NCBI RefSeq assembly: GCF_036321535.1
Contig: NC_087437.1
Location: 56,608,001 to 56,672,000, forward strand
From: Camelus dromedarius
Lineage: Eukaryota
Reading direction: 5' to 3'
Length of the DNA stretch: 64,000 bases
The notes under the pieces were generated by a model that had not been told where the DNA came from, did no database searches, and saw nothing but the letters and a program-made list of their open reading frames with translations. The translations under genes and the position numbers were made by a program. How positions within the stretch are numbered: position 1 is the stretch's first letter; each line of letters opens with the position of its first letter. Shown here one piece after another: positions 49,300-64,000 of the stretch.

Positions 49300-50700
49300 T
49301 ATTTTACCTTTTAACATCATTTTACAGATGTTAAAAAAGAATGGAAAGATAGATTTGTCTATATAATATTTATTTTCTCATTCACTGATACATTGTAGAA
49401 ATCAAGTAAACTGGAACAATTTTAATAGATTTTCTTTTATTGGCTATAAAATAATACACTGGCTATCTAATATTACATAATATATTTAATAATTTCTCTC
49501 TTAACATAACCTGAGATTATTTTCGTTTCCATAAACATTACATAATAAAATTTCCCATGCATATATCCCTATGTAGTGGCAATTTACTTCTTAGGGATAA
49601 ATTTCCAGGAGAATATTTGCTGGGTCAAAGGTTTTATGATTTCAAGAGATGCTGCTAGATGTCTCTTTTTAAATTGACTGCAATACTTCACACTTCAACT
49701 AGCAGCGTATAACTATTTTTATTTGTTCAGACTATGTTATGTCCCTCATAAGATCACATATATACTTCATATATAATTTCATATATACTTCAAATATACA
49801 TGTATTTTTATATAGGTCCTATTCCACTCTTTAATTTCTAAGTATTTTCAGTTGTATATGTATGCTATTATGAATATGACTTTTTTCCTCTTTCCATCTC
49901 AATATGCTTCAGAACTAAAGAGAAAGCTATTGTTTTTTAATGTATATCTTATATCCAGGCTCTGTACAAACTCTGATATTAATTTTAATAGATTTTTCTA
50001 GAATCTCTTAGGATGGGGACAATCATATCAACTGCAGGGAGTGAAACTCTTTCTTTTCCAATATTAATCTGTTTTGTTTTCCTTACCCTCTTGCTTTCAT
50101 TATGCCACCAGCCAATATTAAAAACTAATGTCAAAAGCAGGCCTCCCTATACAGTCTGTGGCCTTAAATAAAATACCTTTAAAGCTTTGCTATTTATAAC
50201 AATATGTGTTGTTTTATTTGCATAGTCAAGTATTAAATTTAGTAGTTTCTTTTCATTCTAATTTTATTTGGTGTTATTAGAAGGATCACTAAATTTCATC
50301 AAATTTATTTTCAGTATCTCTATCTGTAGATTTTTTTGATATGTTCTGTTTTGTTTCAATATACCTAAGTACCTACAATTTAAATATTTGATAAAAATCA
50401 CTTGTTAACCTACCTGACCCTTCAACTTTTTTCAACTTTAAGTAGTCATTTACAAATTTCCCACTTATTTTTCATTTAGTTGTGGTAATTATATACTTTG
50501 CCAAAAAATCATCTGTCTTTTTTGGTTCTCAAATGTGTTGCCACAGAATTGAATATAATATTGTTTTATGCAATTAGATCTTATCATCTCTAATCTTGTG
50601 TGTTTTACTCCCATTCTTTTGCCCTTAATCAAGTTTATGAGGGATTTTTCATTTTTTTCTTGGACTTCTAAAAAAAGCACTTGATTTGTTTATCTCTTGT
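49300..50700 (-). mobile_element. Ancient LINE-1 (L1M) fragments
   Basis: T-rich, with decayed antisense ORF2 segments (gacaatcatatcaactgca, ttttcagtatctctat, atcatctgtcttttttggttctcaaatgtgttgccacagaatt). Confidence 0.55.
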
Positions 50701-51639
50701 ACTTTTCCTCAGTTGCCATCGAGATTATAATTGTGTTCACTTCACAGGGTTATTATGGTGAAGATTAAATGAGTTAATGTTCAGGAAGTGCTTAGATTTA
50801 CTCAAATTTCAAAAGAAATGCATTAAAGGTTCTTATCGTAATTATATTTTCATCAAGTTACCAATATTCTAATATGTAGTTCTTCATATATTTAGCTGCT
50901 GTGTTGTTTGTGCTATGAAGGTCTATGACTGCATTATCTTCTTCACAAAATGCATCTTTTATTAATACATGTCAGCCCACTTCATGCCTTGTTTAGTGCT
51001 TTCAACTATAAAGTCCACTTTCTGACATTAATATTATTTCTTCTCTCCCTCTCTCATTACATTTACTTTCAGATTTTCATCATTTTGTTTTCACTCTGAT
51101 TCTTGTAAATAGCATAGAGCTGGATTTTTAAAAATCCATTTTAAAAACATGAGTCTTTTTATGGGAGCTAATTAGTCCATTTCCAACTTAAGCCATGACT
51201 GATAAGACATTTTATAGCTTTCATTTTGTTATGTGTTTTTATTTATTTGATTTACTATTTTTAGCATTTTTTGCAGAATAACGTTTATTTTTGTACTGAT
51301 GAACATGGATCTTTTCAAGAGCTAAGAAATCAGAAGAATTAGTCTTTATTTTCACTAAACAACATGCTTGTTCTGTGACGTTAACTATTTTTTAAAAATC
51401 CATAAAGCGTAAATTGCACCTGCCTTTGCTTAGCTCTTGGGATTACTGAAATGATGAAATAACCTACCTATTTTTTGAAAAATATACATTTTTAAGGTGT
51501 TAGTAATACCTTAAGGAAATATTACTATAAAAGCAATTAACATAATAAAAGCTTACATAAATTTATTTTGTTGTACAACTGACAAAAAAACTTCTTTTAC
51601 TAAATAATGTATATAAACCAGCAGAGGTTTCTACACTAT

Positions 51640-51960
51640 TTTTAAAGTTAATAGACTTTATTTTGGGGAGAGTATTAACTTTACAAAAAATCGAGTGGAA
51701 AGTACAAAGTTCCTATATATTCCCTTCATCTTACCCCCTCACCCAAATTACCACTATTATTAGCATCTTCCATTAGGGTGATACGTTTGCTACAATTGAT
51801 AAGCCAGTGTTGACACATTATTATTAACCGAGTTCCATAGCTTACATTAGGGTTCACTCTTTGTGTTGTACATTCTGTGGGTATTTACAGATAAATAATG
51901 ACATATATCCACCATAACTGTATCGTACAGAATAGTTTCACTGTTCTAAAAATTCCCTTG
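51640..51960 (-). mobile_element. Old LINE-1 3' end fragment
   Basis: aatagactttattttggggagagtattaactttaca...acacattattattaaccgagttccatagcttacattagggttcactctttgtgttgtacattctgtggg. Confidence 0.75.
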
Positions 51961-52024
51961 CTCCGTATTTTACATATTTCATTTTATTTTATGTTTTTAT
52001 TCATTTAAAAATAGGTTTACTATT

Positions 52025-52240
52025 TTTAACTTTTTAATTGAGTCATAATAAATATATATCATTATATTAGTTTCAGGTATACAACTTAATTATTTGATAT
52101 CAGTGTATATTGCAAAATGATCACCATAATCACTCTCGTAAACATCCATTATCATACATAGTCACAAAAAATGTTATTTTCTTGTGATGAGAGTTTTTAA
52201 GGTCTACTCTCCAAGTAACTTTCAAAAATACAATACTTTT
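52025..52240 (-). mobile_element. LINE-1 3' end fragment
   Basis: tttttaattgagtcataat...attatattagtttcaggtatacaac...cttgtgatgagagtttttaaggtctactctccaagtaactttcaa. Confidence 0.75.
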
Positions 52241-54519
52241 AACTTTTCTGTCTTTTCTTTCCATTCCTCATTTTTGTTTGTTTGACCGAGTCAGCATTCA
52301 CCTCATTAGTCACTCTGTTAATTTGGAAATTGTACCATTTTTTTTTTTTTATTATTTAACGGTTGCCTTTCCTTTCTGGGTGATCATTTGAGACACATTT
52401 CTCTACTGCTATTTGACTAAAAGAAAATATAATAATACTTTTGAGTGTATACTCTGTGCCTGTTCTGAGTGCTAACAGTCTGTATTATCAATATATTATA
52501 ATTTATCTGTAATAATCTATATTATCTAATCAGTCCTCATGACAACTCTATAAGGTAGACATAATTATCATATCTAACTACTAAGGAATTGAGCCACTAA
52601 TCCAATGTTACACAGGTAAGAGGTGGAACAAGATTTCTGAAACCAGGTAGACTGAGGCTAGCCAAAGCTGTGAAACTCTAAATGATACACTGACTTTCAC
52701 TGACTCAATGATACATCTCAGGAAAGCATTCTATTTCCTCATTCCTTCTTTCCATTTCAAAAAGATAACATTTAAAACATATTTTCACTTCCCTCAACTT
52801 TAGTCTCGTCTGCCCCTCTCAGGAGACCTTGAAAATGCTTTTAGACTCGATTTGCCTACCATCCATTCCTAGATTTTGCTGAGATAATTTAGAACGTTTA
52901 GTTCTGAGCTATTATTCACGTCAACACTTTTTTCCATCACAAATAAAATGAGGTTCTATTTTCGCTAGTAAAAAATAAAATTAAATGTTGTCTAAGCTCG
53001 AGTTACCCAAGTGTAACTTGGCATAACATTTCTGTAAAGCAATTTGGTGATAGATATAAAAAAATTAATATCTACTTACTCATTAATTATGCTTTAGGAA
53101 TATACTGTAAAGAAATATTCAGAAATTAAGACATGAATTTAAAGGAAAATACATTTATCACAACACTAATTGTGAAAATATAAAATTCACCTAAAATTCC
53201 ATCAAGAGCTGAATGGTTTAAATAGTATGTATCCATATAAAGGGATTTTGCCCATCCATTAAAAATAACATAAAGAATTCAACCACACAAGAAAATTTTA
53301 AAATATGACATTATAAATATGAATATAAAACTACATAATCTGGTAACAATTATGCAGTATACATGAACATCGAAAAGGGATAATTGATTATTTAAAAATT
53401 ATTTTTACTTTAGTATATGCCAAAAATTTTACAATGATTATATATTACTTTATAATCAGAAGTTCTCTCTCCCTTGCTCTTTTATTCTTTTAAAGAGTTA
53501 TTACATTCTTTACAACAAAATAGGATTTAATTCTGATTCAGCTAAAACCACACTGCCCTCTATGGGATTTTGGCTGATCCACAACAACTGTGTGTTTTAT
53601 TTATTTATTTATTTGCTTACTTATTGTGGCCCAGAGATTTGCACAGTTGTACTTATTTACGTAAAAGAAAACTATGTGGAAGGCTATGTGTGGAAGAAAT
53701 ATATGTTTAAATGACCAACATAGTCACGTGGGAAACTAAATCAGTGTCACTGGCCTGTAAGATTGAACGCATTACAATGTAATACAGAGTATATGCCTGG
53801 TAGAAGTAAAGCCTGAAGTTTACAGGAAAAAAAAAAGGCATGTGATTTAAACAAATGCAATTCTTTAAAGCATTGATTTAAATGTGAACAATCAATAATT
53901 CTGAAAATTAATGGAAAAGAAAAGTATTAGCTGTAGACAATTCGGTATTCACTTTGTAAAGGCTGTGTGTGTTCTCTGCTCTATGTGCAATGTTTGGTAG
54001 ATACACAGAGACATTCACTTAGTACCAGAGATGCAGGGGACATTTGACACTTTGGTCCATTTCTTTCATTTCATAGCCAGAGAAACCTAGCAACAGAGAG
54101 ATCAAGGGACTTCTCCAGGCTCACACTGGAGACCATGGCAGAGCTCTTTCTCAGGCACTTTTCTCCATATTTCTGGGCCAGTACATTTTTTTTATTACAC
54201 AGAAATACCTCTTTTCTGTTTCTAGACTATATAATGTCTGCCTGTTTGTTTCTATGGCTCCTTACGTCCGACTTCTTCTGGATTCCCTTTTCTTCTTTTC
54301 CACTGAAGATTTTCTTTCCTCTTCTGCTTTCCTTTCAGCATTGCCTCAAGCTTGCTTAGCTGTTAGATTGTCTGAATTCAAGAACCCACTGAGGGGTTCT
54401 ACGGTATAAAAGTGATGCTCAAATCTCTTTCTATTCAAAATTTCAGATACACAGTATCTGTAGAGTAGATCACATAAAATATGCATGTATTCAGATATTG
54501 AATTTAGTCAACCAAGATA

Positions 54520-54735
54520 GAGAGAATTTGGATTCTGAATTCTTTAAATTCTATTTCTCTCTCCTACTAGAAGTGAGATTGTGAGCAAATTACTAAACCC
54601 CTCTAAGCCTCAGTTTCTTTAGAAATATATTACCATGTTCTTTGCATGATTGTAATGAAGAATAAATGAAATAATGTTTTTAAAGATCCCAGGGCACAGT
54701 CCCTGGCATTTAGTAGGCACTTAATACATAGTTTT
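54520..54735 (+). mobile_element. MIR SINE
   Basis: gagcaaattactaaacccctctaagcctcagtttc...cctggcatttagtaggcacttaataca. Confidence 0.65.
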
Positions 54736-57700
54736 CAAAATAATTAAATATTTAATGAGAATCAAAAATTCATCATACATTAATCCTATCAAAATGTATC
54801 ATTTTTTCATGATAAACAAAATATCTTCATCTCCTCTGTGTGCTGCCTTTACACTCCTATTGGTATCTTTTAATGTCCAGAAATTCTGAATTTTAAAATA
54901 ATTGATTAATATTTCTTTTATGGTAATTCCTTTCTGTGTGTGTGCTTTAAAAAAAAAAAAATCTCTGGCTACCCTGAGGATATCCCTTTCATTTAAAAAC
55001 CCCACATCCTCCAAATTCCTTGCTTTATGCTACTCTGCTCTGGGCCTGCTTGGCCCAAATCCAAGTCGACAGGTTAGAGTAGATTGTTCTGTGAACTGGA
55101 GGGTCAGGAGATTGGAGTTCTACTACCGTTGACTTTCAGTGTAACTTTAGACAAAATATTTTCTCTCTGGATTTTTAGTTTTCCTGTTTGTAAACAGCAT
55201 GGATATTGGGGCTGGTGATCTCCATGGTCCCTTTGAACCATTTAGGAGGAGCCACTAAAATTCTCACATCTTTTTGTCGCTCTCAAATCCTTCGCCAGTG
55301 AGCTGTTGCATCCTTTAGACACTAGAGGGGGCTTCCTGAAGACTTTTCCAATATATCCAGATTTAAGTAAGGGATGAGTGCCTCTTAATGGCAATCCACG
55401 TTCTGACTGAGAAATGTGATTTCACTTTTTAATTTAAAGTAAATATGAAAGACGTATATGTTGCGGCAATGATAGCATTTTGTATTAGTATGACTTTCTA
55501 GCATGTGTCTAATTTAATTTGCTTCAAAAACCAACCAAGTCTAAACTTCTCCATCCTCTATTTTTAAGTTTATAAAAATTTAACCAATGTAGGAAAAGTA
55601 TAATCATGCGTATGATTCTGAGAGCCATTTTTCATAGCTAAGACACCGTATTGCTTGATAATATTGTAAAAGGAGACTTATGATGGCCCTGTATAATTTT
55701 TGAGGAGCATGCTGAATAAAATTTAAAAATGCAGTTTGATAAAGATTCATTTAAAAATTAAAATGTTATGAACTCATTTCTTAAATTCCAAAGAAAGCAG
55801 GTTGGTGAAGTTTGTGACGAACAAATAAAGATCTACCCATAATCCTAAGGAGAATATAGGCTGAGATGAGGTATTAATTTGCATTTATATTGTTGTTTTT
55901 TGAATTAAGAAACAGTCCAAAATATCTTTAGATCAAGAAGAGCTGACATTAATCTGATTCTTTTCTTCTTTTGTAAACTGTGTCCTTATTCTCTTGAAAT
56001 CTGTTAGATTTTATCTACGATATTCTTACATATCAGTATGACTTGAGGTGTTGGTGTTTTCTATTTTTCTCCTTGTAACATGAAATTCTACACAGCTTTT
56101 CAGTCTAAGATCTTACAGTTGCGTTAGGAGAAACTCTAAGTTATTCTTTTCAGTTATTGCTTCCTCTGCATTCTTTTCCTTCCTTGCTGGTATCCCCACT
56201 ATGGAAGTATTAAAGTCTCTAACTTTCATTTCCATTTCTTTACTAGGCTTTACTAGGAAGTAAGAAGCATGCTCTTCCTCATTGAATCCTTGTAGTTTTT
56301 TATTTCCGCTAATATATTCTTGATAATCAATATCTTTAACTGATTATTGCCTCTTGTTTTCCAACATCCTCCCTTATATTTCTAAGAATATTTATATCCA
56401 TGTTTTAAATACTTGTTTTCTGCTGTCTAGTATCAGCTACTCCATTTGTTATCTCTTAGAATGTTTATACTCCTCAGAAGGTGCGTGGATCGTTACTGTG
56501 AACTCACCATCACGCACGTGAGACTGTCAGCGGCATTTTGCGACTATAATATTTCAAGTTTGGGATAGCTATAGCTTGGTTCCATTCATTGAGGGTATCT
56601 CTGCATTTCTTCTCTTTCTCTTTCTTTTCTGATCTACAAAAGTTTTGATATGGGAACCTAAACCAGAAACCCACATTTTGATAATGCTTGTATAAGGATG
56701 ACAAGTCAATTGACTTATTTGATAGTATTTCATTTCTTATTCAGGTATAGAAATTACATTATCATTTAATATTTTTTCTCTCCTTCTCTCTCATTCTTGT
56801 GCCCATTCTCAAAATGTTAATCTTCTAGTTTGGAACACTTTTTTTGTCTTTTCCAAAGTCCATGAAGCCCATATATTACTGGGTGTTAGTGAAATAGATG
56901 AGATGTATTTAATGCAGTTAATGATGAAAACAAAAATAACAAAGATTTTATGGAACGAAAAGTGCTATACACATTTTGACTAATCAAAGTTAACTTATTA
57001 CATAATGTCTGTGAGAAAAAAATTTAGACTGGGCACAAGAGTACTAAAAATAAACTGAAAAGATCTAGATTTAAATCTTCCATCTGCTTTTAATTAACAG
57101 TTTGAATTTCGTTAAGTTCCAAGACCTTAGAACTTCAGTTTTTAAATGTATAGTATATGAATAATAACTCATCTCTTCTCATTTGAATTTACTTGTTAAA
57201 ACAGTGTACAAACATACAAAAAGAATATGCCAGTGAGGAAAATGTGCATGCATGTGTGTGTGTTGTGTGTGGGCCAGTGTGAGTATCCACGTGACAATCC
57301 CCAGTACAGGGTTCCTCTGGTGAAATATGATGCAGGAGTGCACCTAAGCTTGGATATCTAAGTGAGATACTTTTGAATGTAGAATGGCTAGTTTGTGGTA
57401 CAAGCTCCATTCACTCAACTAGGTACATAAATGTTTATAGCTGTTCCATCTCACTTTATAGCACATACAGAACAGAAAGAGTGAATGTAGGGGCCGCTTT
57501 GCAAGGATAGACCCCTCAGCTGTGTGACTAGGTGTGCTTTACATATGGAAGTAGAAAGCATGGGGGTTCGAGAAGTAAAAGAGAACGCAGGGCACTTGCC
57601 TGCTCCTTACAGAAAAGAAATCTTGCCTACTAGCAAAATATAAGCCAATTCCTGATGGTAGGAAGAGTCAACAACAACCCCTCTTCCTATGGGCAGTAAC

Positions 57701-58399
57701 CAGAAGAGCATAAAGAAAGAAGTCAGAACTGTATACAGTGTCCTCTTCTACGGGTTTAGGCAGATATATGAAGAGAAGAGTAGAGTCAGTTTTTTTTTTC
57801 CTTCCACAACAGTGACAATTCAGTGAAACAAAGTGAAAGGTGCTTGGCAAACTATACATCACAAAACAAAACTGAAAGCTTTAATAGCTTTATTGAAGGA
57901 GGCACTTATTTGTTTAAACCATTTTGTGCTCCAGATAGAAACTGCACATTTTTTTTTCAGAGTTGCTATGGATAAAGTATTTATCACTCTTGTTGGAACA
58001 TGGTAGGTTCTCACTGCATAGTAGCTGGTTATGATAATTTTCATTAGACTGAGTGATCTGACAGCTCATCAAGACTATCAATAAAATGCGTACAATTCAT
58101 ATGACTTCCTGAAATATTGAAATCCCCATTAGTATTATTAATCATAATACTAATGAGGACTTCGGTTTGGAAATCATACGTTTATAATTCAATTCTTGTA
58201 ATATATTAAGTATCTGTATAGTTTGCAATCATCCTTCTTAACTTTATTGTTAATGACATCTCTTTGCTTGTTATTCCCTTTTTCTCAAAATACTCCATTC
58301 TCTTGTTCACCATGACACCAGATACTAGTTCCCTTCACTCTCTGTGAATTCAGAGTCCCCATTGCCAACTCCCCCTCCTCTAGCAGACAATTGGAATTG

Positions 58400-58860
58400 C
58401 TTCAGTCTTGCCCATTTTCCTATTCTGTAAATTTTTCCTGAGCAAACTTTTCCACTGCCATGTTTCAATAACTTTCTACACCTTGATGACTTGAAAATTT
58501 ATATATTTAGCATGACATTTTCTTTTGATGTCAAGATTTGTGTATTTATTACTTTCTTATCTCCTGTTTGATATCTCACAGGAAATACAGGCACAACCTG
58601 TCCAAAACCGAACAAAATCTTTGCTATCAATCTCAACCTTCTCCATCTCAGTAAATGGTGACACCAACCATCCTGTCACTCAAGCCAGAATTGGTCAGGG
58701 AAGTCTTATCTGACTCCTCCCTCACCCTCACCTTCTATAATCCATCAGTCATGGAATCTCAATCTTAAAGGCCTTTTCTAATAGTCCAGTTACTTCCCTT
58801 CCCAGTTCATCATCATAGTCCAAATTTCTATGATTTTTTTGTCTTGGGCTATTATGACAG
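58400..58860. mobile_element. L2 LINE remnant
   Basis: ttctccatctcagtaaatggtgacaccaaccatcctgtcactcaagccagaa...tctgactcctccctcaccctcacc, typical of L2. Confidence 0.65.
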
Positions 58861-58929
58861 TAAAGTCACTCTTTAGCTTTGCTGAACTTTGGGATTAGTG
58901 AGTAGTTTCCAGTAATTTGCTAGCCCTTA

Positions 58930-59820
58930 AGTAAAATCATAAATCAATAATATAAACCAAAGCCAATACAACTGAAAAAATTCAAACTGCATGTCTACAT
59001 GAATAAATAATAAATAAGATAAAGAAAAATCACAATATCATGAAATTATAAGAACTAAATAGAATAAAATAATTTTGTATAAAAATTTGTTATAAATAGA
59101 AATTTAGGAGATGATTCACAAACTCAAATAAAAATACTGGGAAACCAGAAAAATCAAATATTAACTAACTTTTTAATCTAAGGTTAATCTAAACTAGGAT
59201 AAAACAGAATTTTAAAAATAGATGAGATAAAATGATTAAAAAATAGGAGGAATTGCAACAAATAACTGAAAAAATGTTGTGTAAATCAGTATACTCAATA
59301 GTAATTTTTTGAAAGAAACTAATCCAATAAACATACATAGTTCCCTAATTATGAAAAAAAATAAACGTTAGAAATAAGAAGGAAACTGTAACATTAGCTT
59401 TGGTTGAGTTTTTTTAAATTATAACATAATGAATTTGTTAATGCAAATATCTTTGTAAACTTAGAAGAAATGGTTACCCTGAGAAATATGAATTAACAAA
59501 ATGACTCAAGGGAGGATAATAACTCAAAATATCGTGATGACTTTTAAAGAAGATAAATACATAGTCAAAAATCTCCCTCCAACATGTACACTGGGCTCAA
59601 ATGGTTTTATAAGTGAGTTTTTAATCAAACTTTCCAAAAACCAGTAATCCCAATTTATTGCAAATAGTTGCAGAGAAGAAAAAGAAAAAAGTACACCCCA
59701 ATTCATTTCATGAAGCTAGTATGATTTCCATATAAAAATCTGGACAAAAATAGCATAAGAAAGAAGAATGATTGACCAATTCCCCTTAAAAGCATAGTTG
59801 TAAACTACTAAATAATACAT
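58930..59820 (+). mobile_element. Ancient LINE-1 ORF2 remnant
   Basis: A-rich, with ctgggctcaaatggttttataagtgag, ccaattcatttcatgaagctagtatga and gaccaattccccttaa. Confidence 0.7.
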
Positions 59821-62800
59821 CATAAAACATTACCTTTGTTTATCACTGCCTTCATGTTGTTTGGCCACTTTGGTTCCCATACTTTACAAATGGAATTTGA
59901 AAAATGTAAGTGACATGTAACTGGGTTTAACTAGATTTTTAAGCCATTTTCTTTATACTTGACCTCTATGCTCCACAGGATATTTTTACTTTTCTTTGCT
60001 TTTTAATTTCATTACATCTAGTAGAATCTGTTACTGACTCTTTTCTTCACACTCTTTCTGTGTCCTCATTCCTCACTCCTTTCCCCTCTGCCCCTTTGCT
60101 CTGGGAGTTAACATTTATTGCTCCTCTTGATTTATACTCACTGCCTTGAGGAGCACGCCCATTCACATGTCTGGTAATCCTCACCATCTTGGTATCTCCC
60201 AAACCAAAATGTTTCCAGTCTGCTCAGACCTGCTAGATCTGTCAGATTCTTATTCCTAGTATGCATATCACTTCTCAAATTTAATTTGACTAAAACTAAA
60301 CTCAGTGTTTTCTCTGCCAAAAAAAAAAAACGGACTTCCAATCTCCTTGTCTTCTTTCACATCACTTTTGTCACGGTCATATTTTTCGGTACCCAAGCTC
60401 GCCAGTTTGACATAATCATCTTGAATCTCTCCTTTGTTCATTAGCTATAGCCATCTGATTCAGTCTTCAATGTATTTTATATTTGTCTCATTGCATCCTG
60501 TCCTGTTTCACTGTCCTTGGCCAAGTGCTTATTATTAATATGGAACACAGCATCTTCAATAAGCCTTTTGTTTTTTGTCCAATCTGCACTGACCACTACT
60601 GCCAGTGTCTTGTTAAACATCCTGTTCATCATATTAGATCACTATCTTCTGTTCTAGTGGTCCACCATTTCTTATTGCAATAGGGTTGCAAGATTTTTAA
60701 GATTTCTCGAAACCAATTATTAAAATCTGATCAACATTATTTCCTATTTCTAGTATGTGCATCTTCATGCTCCAGAGTATAATACTCATTGTAAATTTAA
60801 TCTCATTATAAGGTAATCACACCGAAAGCTAAAATAAAGACCCCTGCTATGAAATTATAAATAATATACTTGGCTATGGACTCAATATTGTATTTTTGAG
60901 TTGAATCATGATTTATTTTATTTACAATATATCAAAGTTTAAATTTGGAGAGACTAAACTGAAAAGAGTATTTATTAATCTATGGGCATTTTAGCACAAT
61001 TTTTTTTTAAAGAAAAATGTGTTACCTGCTTAATGACAATTAAGCTGCAAAAAATATTTTTTAGGATTCTTTTTTTTTTTTAGGATGGCAACTCATCTGT
61101 GAAAGCAAATATTTGGCTCTAACTGTAAATGTGTTTGTTCCATAGAGGATAGGGAAGATGCTTGACTTGTCTCATCTGACATTATCATAAAGGGGTTTAT
61201 TAAGAAAATTGCCTGTAACTTGTACCAATCTGTGGTTTCTGCATTTTCCCTTTGGCTTATGTTTTCTAATTCCCTGGTCCCAAACCACATCAGTTGTTTC
61301 TTAATTCACTTTAAGCCACATATCATAATGACAATGTCTGTTACTCAAAACCCCTGAGTCCCTTGCCAACCTCAATGGCTTTTTAATATAATAGCAGAGA
61401 TTATGTGATTGACAATGAAATTCGATCTCAAGCTGATACTTAAAACAGTGACCTGTCCTTGGTAGATATCTAGCTTTTGGGTTTGTTCTGCTCCTGTTCT
61501 TTACATTATCCAAAATTCTTAGATTGCTTCATAAGAGGATTTTCCTGATAATATCAACTACAACATCATAGCCATAATATTCTAAGATTAGCATGGTTTA
61601 AAATAATAAACTGGTTTCTCATTTATAACTATTTTTAACATAAATTATTTAATCTTATTATTTAAAATTTAAGCTTTCTATCTTTTTGCACATTTATATC
61701 CACATTTTTGGTCTCATGAGCATCATTTGTAAAAATATAAATACTTTTTATTTACACAATTGCATAGTCATTGAATTTTATGGCAATTTTTATTTTAAGA
61801 ATATACATTAAGAATGCATATCTATGCTTAACTCTTGTTTTCCAGTCTAATTTAAATAATTGGCATTAATTTATGTATATTTAAAATAAAGTTTATAATA
61901 TTTATGCTACAGAAAAAGTATCCTTTGGTTTTTTCTTTCAGGTTTAGAAATTTATTCACCATAGTCTTGAAAGCTTCAAACTAAAATATGATATTGTCCA
62001 ATTTTGCCAAGTAAAATTCAGGATCATATATGCATTTAGTACTCATTTTTAATTCTTCAAGCAAAGTAATATTGATCAATTTATTGGGATATCTGTGTAA
62101 AGGATTTTGTTGAAAACAGTGTAATTCATCAGTGATTTCTCATGTATATAAATTTAACAAAAATGCACATTTTTTTTTCAGAATATTAGACATTTCTTCC
62201 TTAGGTAATGGGAACAAAAAGATTTCAGAATTCTCATTGCTCTAGAATTTTTTGAAAAATTTGATTTTTTTCAATCAACTCTTTCCCATAAAGAAAATCA
62301 CACACTCACACATTTACAGGCTCAGAGAGGAGATTGCAAATTTAATTTCATACGTAGCATCCTTACCTTGAGGTGAGATTTCTTACCCAGCATCGTACAC
62401 TGCTGTTTTGGACATTAATTTCTCATTGCTTGGTAACCTCACTACTACCTAAAACTCTGTTCCACTGGCTCATAAACAATTATATCATCAATCCCCTCTG
62501 TGTGTAACGAGAGACCTTAACCACAGAACTGGGAAATAAAAGGAAGAACTATGCCAGAAGCAACAACGGTGCCAGAAACCTGCTTTGCAGTGATTGGCTA
62601 AGTGAGGCCAACCAGTTGAGTTTCATTCATCAGACTCGTTGAGTTAACCTACAAGCTTTTTTTTTTTTTTTTCATTTTCTCTATTTTTCTTTTCTGAGGT
62701 CTCCTTTGATTTCATGCTGGCTTTTTAAATTGAGGATAAAGTTAATTCACTCAACAATGCCACAGCTGGAACTGAGTATGCCTCTTCTCCTACCGCTGAG

Positions 62801-64000
62801 GGGAGGGGCCGTGCTGGTTGGTGGTGTCTCATTGGATGCCCAGCACCCTTGAGGGCTGTTGCTGAATCAGTGGTGCCTCTAGCGACAGGCAAGAAGTTAA
62901 CTAATTATGAACATATGGTTTGGCAGACACCTTGTTAGCTTGCTGCTGCGTAGGTGTTTGGAAGGAGGTGAAGGGGAAAGTTTGAGGTGGAAGGTGTGGT
63001 TAAAAGTCCCACTGACAAGCCTGGGGGAGATTTGATTGATCCTAATCTATTCTTTTTGTCAGAGATCAGCATGCTTCTGGCAGCAACAGCTTGGTAATAA
63101 CAGAGATTTGTGGCTCCTAAGCTCTTGTGGTGATAGCCAGCACACGACCAGTCAACTGGCTCCTCACAAGGCCCCTATTTAATTGGCCACAATGGTGGGA
63201 ACAGAAATGAGATGTTAGGTCAAGGTACAACACATGGCCTACCTGAAGCGGTTCACAATGATCAGAGGCACAGATGTCATCTTTTATCGGGTGATTGCCA
63301 TCAGAGGAAAAAGAGAAGCCTTGAGAAAAAGGCTGCAGGAAAGCCTTTAGTAAGAACCCTGCAAGTACATTATTCGAATGACCTAGAGGAAAAGGTGGAT
63401 GTATAAAAGGGAGGAAAAATATTAGACTGGGTTTTCATTGGATCTGATGAAGAATGAAGTGGCATTCTATTTAATAGGAAGGAAGGTTTCTTGGGAAATT
63501 AATAGTGGATAGTTTGAAATACTCTTTGAATTTTTTATTTCTGTCAGATAAATTGGAAAATCACACACACACATGCTCCTCGTATTCAGCTGCAACAGCT
63601 TTACCAAATAAATATTTTCCCATCATTTATAAATTTGTGTACAGGGCTTGTACTTGGTGCCCACCACTTGTACCCAAATGTTTACAATGCTGTGGTCTCT
63701 GTACCATAAAATCTTCCACTCAGAATCAGCCACAATCAATAGAGATATCATTGGGTTTTGTTCATTGGCTTTAAGACCTACTGTCTAAGTTTTATCAGCT
63801 TAATCTAAAGCTGAATTTTCTGGATACCAAAAATAAATACTTCCTATCTGTGGAGGACTTGTTTCCCTATCCAGAAAAATTTCCTCTTGAAAGATTTGCT
63901 AAATAGTTTCAATTCTTTGTCAGTTACTGATTTTTCTCATGTTAATTACAGACACTATGGACATTTTATATATCCTTTAAACTAGGATTGGTAAAAATAT

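Noticed and set aside
55316..55334. CTCF-like motif CACTAGAGGGGGCT
   Set aside because: Mismatches at core positions. Cannot be supported without a matrix scan or ChIP data.

Overview
This is AT-rich mammalian genomic DNA, probably from a cetartiodactyl; the short tRNA-derived SINE at ~48.4 kb resembles camelid SINEs, which is an inference. The window holds one complete protein-coding gene, GMNC (GEMC1, geminin coiled-coil domain-containing, master regulator of multiciliogenesis), on the minus strand. Its five coding exons are 39045-39047, 37164-37338, 35742-35830, 34715-34831 and 32355-32975, totalling 1005 nt (334 aa), with canonical GT-AG introns and a CpG-island promoter at ~39.15-39.56 kb. 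The rest is intergenic DNA with interspersed repeats (L1, ERVL internal remnant, solo LTRs, MIR, L2, MER20, MER47/Tigger5, MADE2, tRNA-SINE). The most unusual structure is a ~380-bp, ~97%-identical direct duplication (29158-29541 and 44342-44721). It brackets the whole GMNC coding region and promoter and carries what looks like the GMNC polyadenylation cassette. Other leads are a young, motif-rich solo LTR with an RFX X-box, a sense-oriented L1 tail in intron 4 that could truncate GEMC1 before its TIRT domain, and an overlapping RBPJ/E-box element upstream. Repeat family names are from recall of consensus sequences, not from a search, and their boundaries are approximate unless a TSD is given.
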